Shown: in pieces, positions 12,537 through 24,073 of the stretch
Layout of the letters: every line of letters starts with the position of its first letter
How positions within the stretch are numbered: the stretch's first letter is position 1
NCBI RefSeq assembly: GCF_964213995.1
Contig: NC_135803.1
Location: 9,982,001 to 10,046,000 of the forward strand
Length of the DNA stretch: 64,000 bases
Reading direction: 5' to 3'
From: Mustelus asterias
Lineage: Eukaryota
Translations under genes and position numbers: made by a program
Notes under the pieces: generated by a model
What the model was told of the DNA's origin: nothing
The model's input: only the letters and a program-made list of their open reading frames with translations
Database searches by the model: none

Positions 12537-13119
12537 ATTGTTCCAATGAATCATTGACTCAAACAGCGCAGTTGCAGACCATTCGCCTTGTGTGCTCTCC
12601 TTGCAAGAATTAGCCATTTAACCCAACTATATTTCTCTTTCCCCCACTGTCCTTCGCAATATTTGACAATTCTTTACATATAATGTTGATGGGGCTCACA
12701 ATGCAATTGAGCCAGATGTTGCTTTCAAGGCTACACTATTTCCAAGTTGAAACTCACGTTGCAGTGTTACGAATAAAATTGTAAGATGTTATTCAAATAA
12801 AAGAACTGGAAAAAGATTTCAATGTCATAAACAAGAGAATTCTGTGACAATGTATACTATATTTGAGATGTAATGATGCGAATCAAATAAATGTAAAAAC
12901 TCGTAGCAAGGAAATGCCTGGAAGATTGGAAATCTACGTTAAAGCAAAGATGCAACTGACAAAATAATCAGCGAAGTTCAAAAAAAAACTCTGTGGCATC
13001 CCACGTTCATCTCTGCACAGAAGGCAGCGTGTCCTAAATTCTATCCCTCATGTTAGTTTGTTGTAATTGTTCCATGAGAACTCCGCTTTTGACGAACGCC
13101 ATTCTCTTCCTGTTCCCCA

Positions 13120-13820
13120 TAACAACAACACTTTTAATGTAATAAAACGTCCCAAAGTGTTTCACGAGAGCATTATAAAGCAAAAGATTTGAGCATAATG
13201 CAAGAGAGTGGGACTAGTTGGCCAGTGCAGACTGGGTGGGCCGAATGGCCGCCCTTTGCCCTGTTGCGATTTTTTGTGAATTTGTGTTTACACACGTAGT
13301 TTCATGGTCGATACTGAGGAAAATGAATTTAAGCAATCCATACAACTAAGAGTGGTAGATTTACGGACGGAATTTCAGAGCTTAAGACTGAGGTAACTGA
13401 ACATATGACCAGTAGTGGTGTAGCAATTAAAATAGGGAAACTTCATGAGGTCAGAATTACATGAGGGCAGATCGAAGTTCCTCTAATTTTCTTTTTGTCT
13501 GAGTGGGTGATTTCTGGTTTATTTTTGTTATGCTCAGCCGTACACATGTGGTCCCTTAAAGGTGTGGGCCTAGATAGCTGGGAGGGTTGCGGGCATGTAT
13601 TCATCACATAGATGAGTTGCTACTTTACCGGGAGCTCGTACGGGCCAGCGAGAACAAGGCTGAAAAGTGAATGGGACTTGGGGTGAGTAAGAACACAGGT
13701 TACCGAGTTTTGGGGGACCTCAAGGCTGCAGAGTGCAGAATGTGGGAGACCAGCCAATGCAGTCCGTGTTGAAAGTATTCAAGTCCGTGGGCAACAGAAT
13801 TATGAATGAGGCTTGCTTAT
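13120..13820 (-). mobile_element. Old L2-like LINE 3' fragments
   Basis: Resembles a degenerate reverse-complemented L2 3' end (ttttaatgtaataaaacgtcccaaagtg; ggaatttcagagcttaag). Partly repeated at 51030-51400. Confidence 0.4.
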
Positions 13821-14399
13821 TGCATCCCAATACATTAATTACACAATCTTCATTTTAATAAAAAAATGTCGAGATGCTTTCGTGCATGCTTTTGAAATAT
13901 CCTATGCGGCTCAATTTGTGGCACGGGTTCGACCAATCAACACAAAAGTCTTTTGTAACTTTCAACATTTTCAGCATTCCTTGCTTTGATCAAATATACA
14001 TTTTTCTTTGCGAAGCACTCTCCTATCGGAATTTCTCTCGAATTCCCCGAATTCCCCAGAAGACTTCACCGCTTCCCATTCATTCAGACCTCGTTCTGAT
14101 ACAATTGTAATTGGTAATTAAATTGCAATGGTTCAAAAACTCATAATTTTATTGTCCCACTAAAAAAATGCCTCACGCACGACGTTCCATTTTTAAAAAA
14201 GTTAACAATAAACAATCATTTATTTTGACTGTGGGGGTGATTTTCAGTGTAGTTGCCGTTGCACAAAGAACCGTGACTCTTCACTGAACATATTTGGTGA
14301 TTTTCTTCACATCCAAACTGATTACCTTGCCGACCTATTCTTCGTTTGCATGTGGAGCTGTGAGGCAGCAGTGCTAACCACTGCGTCACCGTGCCGCCC

Positions 14400-15590
14400 A
14401 TAGTTGCCCCCTCGTTCTAGAATCTGCAACACGTGGAAATAATTTATCTTTATCTTCTCTGTCATTTTCTGTTAATATCTTGAATGCTTCGATCAGATCA
14501 TCCCCTTAACCTTCTAAATTCTAGGGAAAACAGGCCTAATTGTTGTAATCTCTCTCTGAATTCCAGGTATCATTCTTGTGAATCTATTCTGCACTCCCTG
14601 CAAGGCCTATATATCCTTCCTAAGATATGATGTCCAGATCTGCTCAAGTGGTATCTACGTAAGGAGTCTAACAACACCAGGTTAAAGTCCAACAGGTTTA
14701 TCTGGTAGCAAACGCCAGGGTTTTGTACAGCTGCAGTATAACGTCTACGTCATAATACTCCAGTCTTATAGATATAAGGGCTAGCTTTCCGTTAGTCTTC
14801 TTGATTATTTTCCGCCCCTGTAATTGACATTTTAAAGATTTATAACCTGTGCTACCCCCACCTCCCTAAGTCTCTTTGGACATCCACTGTATTTAACTTC
14901 ATACCATCTAGAAAATACCACGATACATAGATTTTCGGCCCAGAATGGATAACCTGACACGTGCTTATATTGAAATCCATCTGCCACAGTTTTGCCCATT
15001 TTCCTCGTCTATCAACATCCCTTTGTAATTCATGCTAATATCTACATGGTCTACAATACCGCCTAACTTTGTGTCATCAGCAAATTTGGATATATGATTA
15101 TCTATGCCATTATCCAAGTCCACATAATGTGAACAATTGAGGCCTCAGCACAGATCTACTAGTCACACCCTGCCATTTTGAGTACCTACCCATTATCCCT
15201 ACATTCCGTTGCCTGCCACTCAACCAATTTCCCAGCCATGTCAGTAAATTGCCTCAATTCCGTGGGCAATTCATGTGTTAACAGTCTTTGATGTGGGACT
15301 TTTTCAAATGTCTTCTGGAGGTCCATATAAACAACATCCATAGGCATTCTCTTGCCCAGTGCATAAATCCCCTCTTCAAGAGAATCAGTGAGTTTTGTTA
15401 GGCATGACCTATCTGTTATGATCCTATGCTGGCACTCCCAGAGTAACTGAACATTTTCGTGATGTTCAGTTAAAACTATCATTGATTATGGACTCCAACA
15501 ATTTCCCCATCACAGAGGTTAGACTAACCGATCTGTAATTCCCTAGTTTTCCTCTTTCAGCCTTCTTGAAAAGCGGAATGAGATGTGCAA
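14400..15590 (-). mobile_element. Old degenerate CR1 RT fragment
   Basis: Minus ORF with SCLTKL and DVVYMDLQKTFEKVPHQRLL; tttgtgtcatcagcaaattt encodes KFADDTK. Paralog at 51430-52570. Confidence 0.8.
14657..14712 (-). mobile_element. PLE pseudo-LTR terminal fragment (about 55 bp)
   Basis: aacaacaccaggttaaagtccaacaggtttatctggtagcaaa. Absent from the paralogous site gtatct|cgccag at about 51695. Confidence 0.8.
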
Positions 15591-15713
15591 TAGTACTGAG
15601 CAAACGGTGAAGGAGGAGAGGAAATTCGCAAACATGTTGTGTCATTCCGATGATGTGGTGTCCAGACCTGCGTGATATCTAACCAGGGTTTGTAGAGCTG
15701 CAGCATAACTTCT

Positions 15714-17845
15714 TTTGGCCAATTTTGATGGTATCAGACAGGAACTTTCAAAAGTTAATCAGGAGAGACTGTTAGCAGACAAAGGGACGTCTGGTAAATG
15801 GGAGGATTTCAAAAATGTGTTAACCAGCGTTCAGGGTAAGCACATTCCTCTTAGAGTGAAGGGCAAAGTTGGTAGAAGTAGCGAAGCCTGGATGATTCGG
15901 GATTTTGAGGCCCTGGTCAAGAACAGAACTAAGGAGGAACAAGACATGGATAGGCAGCTGGGATCAAGTCGATCCCTTGAAGAGTCGAGGGTGTAGGAGT
16001 AGAGTTAAGAGAGAAGTCAGGAGTTAAAAAGAGGAGACGAGATTTCTTTGGCAGATAAGGCAAAGGAGAACCCAAAAAGATTCTACAAATACATAAAGGG
16101 CAAAGGAGCAACGAACAAGTGAATAGGGCCTCTGAAGGATCAACAAGGTGAGATCCTAAATGAATATTTTTCATCAGTATTTACTGTTCAGAAAGGCATG
16201 GATGTCAGGGAACTTGGGGAAATAAATAATTATGTCTTGTGGAGTGTACATATAATGGAGAAAGTGGTGTTGGAAGTCTTAAAGCGCATCAAGGTAGCTA
16301 AATCCCCGGGACCTGATGAAATGTATCCCAGGACGTTATGGGAGGTGAGGGAGGAAATTGCAGAGATCCCCTGCAGAGATATTTGAATAACCGACAGCCA
16401 CAGGTGAGGCGCCTGAAGATTGGAGGCTGGCAAATGTTGTGCCTTTCTTTAAAAAAGGGCTGCAGGGAAAAGCCTGGGAACTACAGGCTAGTGAGCCTCA
16501 AATCCGTCGTTGGTAAGTTTGTGAGAAGGTATTCTGAGAGACAGGATCTATAGGCATTTAGAGAGACAAAGACTGATTAGGGACAGTCAGCATGGTTTTG
16601 TGAGTGGAACATCATGTCTCACAAATTTGATTGAGTTTTTTGAAGGGGTAACCAAGAAGATTGATGAGGGCAGTGCAGTTGATGTTGTCTACATGGACTT
16701 TAGCAAGGCCTTTGACAAGGTACCGCCTGGTAGATTGTTGCATAAGGTAAAGTCTCACGAGATCCGCGGTGAGGGAGCCAAATGGATACAAAATTGGATG
16801 GATAACAGAAGACAGAGGGTTGTTGTAGAGGATTGTTTTTCAAACTGGAGGCCTGAAACCAGCGGTGTCCTGCCTCAGGGATCGGTGCTTGGACCACAGT
16901 CCAAGCATGGTTAGTAAGTTTGCAGATGACACCAAGATTGGTGACATAGTGGACAGTGAAGAAAGGTATCTAGGATTGCAATGAAATCTTCAACAATTGG
17001 GCCAATGTGCTGACGAATGGCCGATGGAGTTTAATTTAGATGAATGCGAGGTGATGCATTTGGTAGATTGAATCAGGACAGGACTTACTCAATTAATGGT
17101 AGGGCTTTGGAGAAAGTTATAGAACAAAGAGATCCAGGGATACATATTCATAGCCCCTTGAAAGTGGAGTCACAGGTGGACAGAGTGGTGAAGAAGGCAT
17201 TCACCATACATTGTTTCATTGGTCAGAACAGTGATTACAGGAGTTGGGACATCTTGTTGAAGTTGTACAAGACACTGGTAAGGCCACACTTGGAATATTG
17301 TGTACAGTTCTGGTCATCCTATTGTAGAAAGGATATTAATAAACTAGAAAGAGTGCAGAAAAGATTTACTAGGATGCTACGAGGACTTAATGGTTTGAGT
17401 GATAAGGAGAGGCTGGATAGATTGGGACTTCTTTCTCTGGAGCGTAACAGGCTTGGGGTGATCTTATAGAGGTCTATAATCTAATGAGGGGCATAGATCA
17501 GCTTGATAGTCGATATCTTATCCCAATGGTAGGGGAGTCTTAAACTAGAGGGCATAGGTTTAAGGTGAAAAGGGAGAGATACAAAAAGGTCCAAAGGAGC
17601 AATTTCTTCACACAAAGGGTGGTGAGTGTCTGGAACGAGCTGCCAGACGTAGTAGTAGAGGCGAGTAAAATTTTGTCTTTTAAAATGCGTTTAGACAGTT
17701 ACATGGGTAAGATGGGTATAGAGGGATATGGGCGAAACACAGGCAATTGGGACTAGCTAGTGGTTAAAAGAAGGGGGGCAGTATGGACACGTTGGGGCGA
17801 AGGGCCTGTTTCCATGCTGTAAACCTCTGTGGCTCTATGAGTCTA
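15714..17845 (+). mobile_element. CR1 LINE ORF2 3' part (RT), degenerate, with (ctctatga)n tail
   Basis: [30 protein letters not shown] and LYKTLVRPHLEYCVQFW motifs. Shared with 52708-54843. Confidence 0.92.
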
Positions 17846-18289
17846 TGTTCAGGCGAACTTGCTTGACCAGTATGTTCTTAGCCCAAGTAAGAAATAAACG
17901 TTTCTGGAGCTGTTGCCCTGGAATGAGGTGGACCAAATTGGACTAGGTACCTGTGCAGGAGCATTTGGCAAGCGTCAGCGTAATATCATTTGGCTTCCAA
18001 TAGTAATGGACAAAAGCAATGGCCAATCTAAAATAGAACTTCGATATTGGAAATGGATTAAATTTCATGGGATAAAATGGATAAAATGGAACGAAAAGAC
18101 TGACATGAAAAACTAAATATACAATGAGTAATCTTCAAAGGGGAAATGCTGCAGGCACAGGCCTCTTATAACACGGGTGAAAGATAGTGGGACCAAAGTC
18201 AGGACTCATTGGATGACGAGGGTAATAGGGACTATAACGAAACACAGAGAAGGGTGTGAATGCGTTGTATAAGATTTTGGGTTTGTCTG

Positions 18290-19095
18290 GCAGGTACAAC
18301 CACAGCGCTGTGATGACGCGAGTTCCAGGATTTTGACCCAGCAACAGTGAAGGAACAGTGACATAGTTTAAAGTCGAAATGATGTGTGGCATGAAGTGGA
18401 ACCTGCACAAAGTTGTGCCCGGCAGATCTATTACTAATATTCTACGAGCCGTCCGTTGACCAGAAACTGAACTGGGCCAACCATACAAAGTCTGTGGCTA
18501 CAAGAACAAGTCAGAGTCTGGGAATTCTATGGTGAGTAACTCATCTCCAGACTTCCCAAAGCGTGTTCACCATCTATCTACAAGGCACAAGTCAGGAGTC
18601 TAATGCAATACTATCCACTTCTCTGCATGCATGCACTTTCAGAAGCACTCAAGAAACTTGACATGAGCCAGGCCAAAATAGCCCGTTTGATTAGCACCGA
18701 ATCCACCTTCAAAGTTGGCTCTCTCCACAACTGGTGCACAGTGGCAGCAGTGTGTACCATCTACACGGGACATTGCAGCAATTCACTAAGGCTCCTTCGA
18801 TAACATCTCCCAACCCCATCTCTACCATTTAGAAGAACAACGGCAACAGATGCATGGGAACACCACTTTTTACAAGTTCCACTTCATGCCACACATTATT
18901 TCGATTTTAAACTATGCCACTGTTCCTTCGCTGTCGCTGGGTCAGAAACCTGGAACTCTCTTCTTAACAAAGAGGTTAGTACGAACGCCACATGGAGTGC
19001 AGTGGTTCAAGCAGAAGGCATCTTCTCAAGTGTGTGAGAAACGGGCAATAAATGCTGGCCCAGCCAGAGATGCTCACATTCCGTGAAAGAATCAG
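18290..19095 (+). mobile_element. LINE 3' fragment (CR1/L2-superfamily, YKAQVRS-type) with an inverted duplicated segment
   Basis: tacaaggcacaagtcaggagt... The segment 18290-18420 is the reverse complement of 18856-18970. The same family lies on the minus strand at 24460-24840. Confidence 0.6.
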
Positions 19096-20144
19096 AAAAA
19101 GAATCCTAAGATAAATAGTCAAGTATTCATAAATATGTTTAAGATAGTTTATTCAGAAGCAGCAGTTTAGGTATGATGCATTTACCAAATGTACAGGAAA
19201 TCTATGCAGCACGTGGCAGTTCAGAAAGGCTCACTGATGCTGGAGGATGAAAGCACAGTCGGCCCAGCGTGTGTTAGTCTCAAGGGCTTCTGCTGGCAGA
19301 TTCCGCTCTCCAGCCGAAGTATCAGGGAAATTTCTCTCGGTCTTCCTCCATTTTCCCTGGTTTATCTTCCAGCTGAAAAAGACAGCCACATGACGAGAAA
19401 TGCCCCCTGTGTCCTAGAATTCTTTGATATGCTTTATTGCTCGGGCCTGGTTCTTTACCTTATGTCAATAATTAGCGCAAACTTTTCTGACCAATGACTA
19501 CAGAACAGGTACACAAGCATGTTGATCAACAATCACCCCTGTCTATCACTTTAGCTTACGATCGCTTTTTGATTTACCTCATGTGGGAGGCTATTTGCTA
19601 GCTATTGGTGTATGGAAGGTATGAAAGCTCTGGCAATCAGTTGAGGAATGTTTGTGGAGTCTAATGAACTAATTGGGAGGAACACAATCATTGTGTCCCT
19701 TCTCTCTATCTTGCCTTGGTCGCTGCCATCTTTGAATTATTTGTATTTTTTAAAGAGAGAAGTAATGCTGTGTTGGCTAATTCAGCAGATTTAATTCTCT
19801 AGCGTTCTATATAATTCTAAAAATATAATTTCTTAAAGATCCCTAATTCTTACAGTTCTCCATTTGAAAAGCAAATTTATTTATTGACTTCTCACAACTA
19901 ATTTTTAGGATCATAGGGAAATAGGAATTAGGAGCAGAAATAGGCAAATTCAGCGCTTCGAACTTGATCCACCATTCAATCAGACCATGACTGACCTCCC
20001 CCTGGTCTCAAATCCACCTCCCCACCTGTTCCCCAGTTCCCCTTATCCCTTATTTATTAGAAATAAACCTATCTCTTAGCTAATCTAGTCAGAATGCTAT
20101 CGTGTGTAACATACTAACGCTACTCTTATTTCCTGAGTACAGAA

Positions 20145-20437
20145 TCATAGAATCCTACAGTGCAGAAGGAGGCCATTCGACAACAATCCTACCTCGGCCT
20201 TTCCCCATAACCCCATGCATTTAGCCTTGCTCGTTCCCCCTGACACATAGGGGCAATTTAGCATGGCCAATCCACCAAACCCGTGCATCTTTCGAGTGTG
20301 AGAGGAAACTGGAGCACCCGGAGGAAACCCGCGCAGACATAGGGAGAATGTGCAACCTCTACACAAACAGCGACCCAAGTGCCAATCGAACCCGAGTCCC
20401 TGGTGCAGTGAGGCAGCAGTGCTAATCACTGTGCCAC
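20145..20437 (-). mobile_element. HE1-type SINE
   Basis: Reverse-complemented head and tail; ortholog at 57345-57660. Confidence 0.85.
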
Positions 20438-21187
20438 TTGCATTTCACTGCAACCTAATACTCTTGCCACTGAAATTTCGAGCCAATGACATCTCAACTA
20501 TGGTGGATCCTACTTCTGGCGCCATGTGATAGGTTTTGGGTTCGAGAGCCGCAGATACCTAAGATAGGCAGACGTCAGCAATTTTAAGGTCATTATTAAG
20601 AGTATTCAGAAGAAGCAGTTTAGATATAATGCGCTAGTTAAACGTACACAATGCTTGGCATTTGGGAGAGCTTCACTTATCCTAGACGACAAATAGAAGT
20701 TTGGCATAGAGTGTGTCGATCTCAGTGGCTTGTGGCAATATTCTCTTCACTAGCCAAAATGTTATGGAACTCTTCCTTTAGTATTCGTTTATCTTTCCTG
20801 GTCCATATTTCAGTTCAAGAAGGTGGCTGTTTGACAAAGACTGCCACTGATGACGAATGACCGCTGACTCAAGCACTTGTTAACATATTTCTCGGAGATG
20901 GTAATTTACCCTATGTGAATCCTCTGTTCAAACATGCCTGATGTGGAGATGCCGTGTCTGACATGTCTGACCAATGAATACAGGACAGGTACCCAAGATG
21001 TCAGGGTTGACAACTTTCCCAACTGTCCATCATTTAGGCTTCACGTCCCATTTTTTATTTATCTTAAGCTGGAGGCTATTTTCAAGACACCGGAATATGC
21101 GTGGCACAAGAGGCTTTCATGCTTTTGGGTTCAGGAATGTTTGGAGAGTCTGGTGACTTCAATGCAGGGAATGCTTAAGGGAGTAAA

Positions 21188-21325
21188 GCACCCGGAGGAA
21201 ACCCATGCAGGGAACATGGGGAGAACATACAAACTCAACATAGGCAGTCACCCAAGGCCGGAGTTGAACCCAGATCCTTGGCGCTGTGAGGCAGCAATGC
21301 TAACCACTGTGTCATTGCGCTGCCC
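21188..21325 (-). mobile_element. HE1-type SINE 5' part
   Basis: gcacccggaggaaaccc...ggcgctgtgaggcagcaatgctaaccactgtg; ortholog at about 58255-58385. Confidence 0.75.
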
Positions 21326-21673
21326 AAAAAAAGAGGGATGTGGATGATATGAGTGGGACAAGGATGACAAGGGAGGGATGAAAAGAGTGGAATGGGATGG
21401 CATGAGAAGATGGCAGGGAGTGCATGAGAGGCGTGGCCTGGAGGAGGTGCTGAGATGATGGAGTGAGTTACGTATGGTAAAACAGTGGGGGTCAATTATT
21501 TGATATAATTTATTAATTTATTCAAAACTTAGCTTTTGTACGAACATTGAAGATTCATTAGGTTTAGTTTTTTAAAAATAAAACTGCCAGTGGAATAATA
21601 GACCAGTGTTGATTTTATAAAGAAAGAAGATGAAATTAGCCTATGTAGTCCACAGTATATACTGTCTATATAC

Positions 21674-22755
21674 TCCAGGGTGAAGTATCTAAATGGACAC
21701 AAAATTGGCTTCTAGAGGGTGGTTGTAGAGAATTGTTTTTCAAACTGGAGGCCTGTGACCAGCGGTGTGCCTCAGGGATCAGTATTGGGTCCAGTGTTAT
21801 TTGTCATTTATATTAATGATTTGAATGAGAATATAGGAAGCATGGTTAGTAAGTTTGCAGATGACAATAAGATTGGTGGCATAATGGACACTGAAGAAAG
21901 CTATCTCCATTTGCAATGGGATCTTGATCAATTGGGCCAGTGGGCTAACGATTGGCAGATGGAGTTTAATTTAGACAAATGCGAGGTGATGCATTTTGGC
22001 AGATTGAACCAGGGCAGGACTTACTCAGTTAATGGTAGGGCGTTGGAGAGAGCTACAGAACAAAGAGATCTAGGGGTACATGTTCATAGCTCCTTGAACG
22101 TGGAGTCACAGGTGGACAAAGTGGTGAAGAAGGCATTCGGCATGCTTGGTTTCATCGGTCAGAACATTGAATACAGGAGTTGGAATGTCCTGTTGAAGTT
22201 GCACAAGACATTGATAAGGCCGCACTTGGAATACTGTGTGCAATTCTGGTCACCCTATTATAGAAAGGATATTAGTAAACTCGAAAGAGCGCAGAAAAGA
22301 TTTACTAGGATGCTACCGGGACTTGATGGATTGCATCAAGGAGAGGCTGAATAGACTGGGACTTTTTTTTTCTGGAGCGTGGGTGATCTTATAGAGGTCT
22401 ATAAAATAATGAGGGGCACAGATCAGCTAGATAGTCAATACCTGTTCCCCAAAGTAGGGGAGTCTAAAACTAGAGGGCATAGGTTTAAGGTGAGAGGGGA
22501 GAGATACAAAAGTGTCCAGAGGGGCAAGTTTTTCACACAGAGGGTGGTGAGTGTCTGGAACAAGCTGCCAGAGGCAGTAGTAGAGGTGGGTACAATTTTG
22601 TCTTTTAAAAAGCATTTAGATAGTTACATGGTTAAGATGGGTCTAATGCGGGCAATTGGGACTAGTATAGGGGTTCAAATAACAGGGTGGCATGGACAAG
22701 TTGGGCCGAAGGGCCTGTTTCCATGCTGTAAACCTCTACGACTCTATGACTCTAT
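21674..22755 (+). mobile_element. CR1 LINE 3' fragment (RT C-terminal part)
   Basis: [16 protein letters not shown] and RPHLEYCVQFW motifs; (actctatg)n tail. Absent from the duplicate at about 58705. Confidence 0.92.
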
Positions 22756-22961
22756 ACGGCTAGACTCCAGAGCACAAGCTATCACAGAAAGCTAGGCTCA
22801 TGGAATGAGCAGTTATAATGTTGTTTGGAAACTTGAATCTTTCACAAGGTTTTGCCATTGGTCGTCAGGAAGCTATTTTCTTCAATGACAAATGTTGAAA
22901 TTTTAACAGACAAATTCCAAAAAAAAAGAATATTTATTCATCGAAAAAGTTTGAGTCCATC

Positions 22962-23320
22962 AGGGCAGCACAGTGACACAGTGGTTAGCACTGCTGACTC
23001 ACAACGCCAGGGACCCGGGTACAATTCTGACCTTGGGTGACTGTGTGAAGTTTGCACATTCTCCCTTTGCCTGCGTGGGTTTCCTCCGGGTGCTCTGGTT
23101 TCCTCCCACAGTCCAAAGATGCGCGGGTTAGGTGGATTGGCCATGGTAAATTGTCCATTTGAGTCACAAAGATGTGTAGGTTAGGGGGATTAGCGGGGTA
23201 AATACGTGGGGTTACGGGGATAGTGCGGGGATGGGCCTGAGTAAGATACCCAGTCGGAGAGTCGGTGCAGACTCGATGGGCCAAATGGCCTCCTTCTGCA
23301 CCGTAGAAATTCTATGATTC
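22962..23320 (+). mobile_element. HE1-type SINE
   Basis: Full head and tail; ortholog at 58931-59290. Confidence 0.85.
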
Positions 23321-23849
23321 CAGATGTAATTCCCAATTAGACTTCCATTTCTATAATTATAAGTAAGTCACAAGTCGAGACAATTGGTAAAATTTGTATT
23401 TATATTCCTCGGCTTGTGTTTATGCGGGGCAGCTTTATGCATCTTTATTCCAGAGTGAGATGTTTTCATTCTGCTACTCTTTGGCGAAAGAGTGAGTAGA
23501 AACTCGGTAGTTAAAGAAGTACAGCTTGCTTAAAGTTACTCATGTGGCAGCAAAGGTGTTTGTAGCTCTCTGCCTGTACACAATGATTACACATTTTTAG
23601 TCTGCCGAGTTAGAATGGAAAAGCATCAACAAAAGTTTTACTTGTGACTTCATGGCGAGAGAAGGGGATCATTATAATTTGTTCCTTTGTTTCTGCACCC
23701 CAGGCTGATTGAAGACATTATTTGCTTCCTTTTGGGAGTTTGTCTGAGTGTCGTGACATAGATCTATTTATAGTAGTGAGAAGATTGTCATTGCATGGAA
23801 CAATATATAAGCACAGTAAGTCGGTCTATGAAAAATAGAGTTACTTTGA

Positions 23850-24073
23850 ATGCTAATGATGTATTACATTTTGTCGTTATTTTTGTCGTTATCCGTTCTT
23901 ACCTCTGTACTGTTGAAGACTGAACCAACCTGCAAACAGTGGGGAACTGAGGGCTTGGTTGGCCTATCCAAGGAAGGTGACATAGCTATTGGTGGAGTTT
24001 TCGGTCTACACACTAATGTTGATCGCCCGGATCGTTCCTTTCAAAGTAAACCTGAAGCGGTAAAATGCAAAAA
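23850..24073 (+). CDS. V2R gene B exon 1
   Basis: Signal peptide and [12 protein letters not shown] motif. The phase-2 donor gtcagt at 24074 is the one compatible with exon 2. Confidence 0.88.

Noticed and set aside
11819-12617. Antisense and alternative-frame ORFs over the 7TM exons (also 35015-35461 and 49718-50516)
   Set aside because: Shadow ORFs of the V2R coding sequence; their conservation is explained by the duplication.
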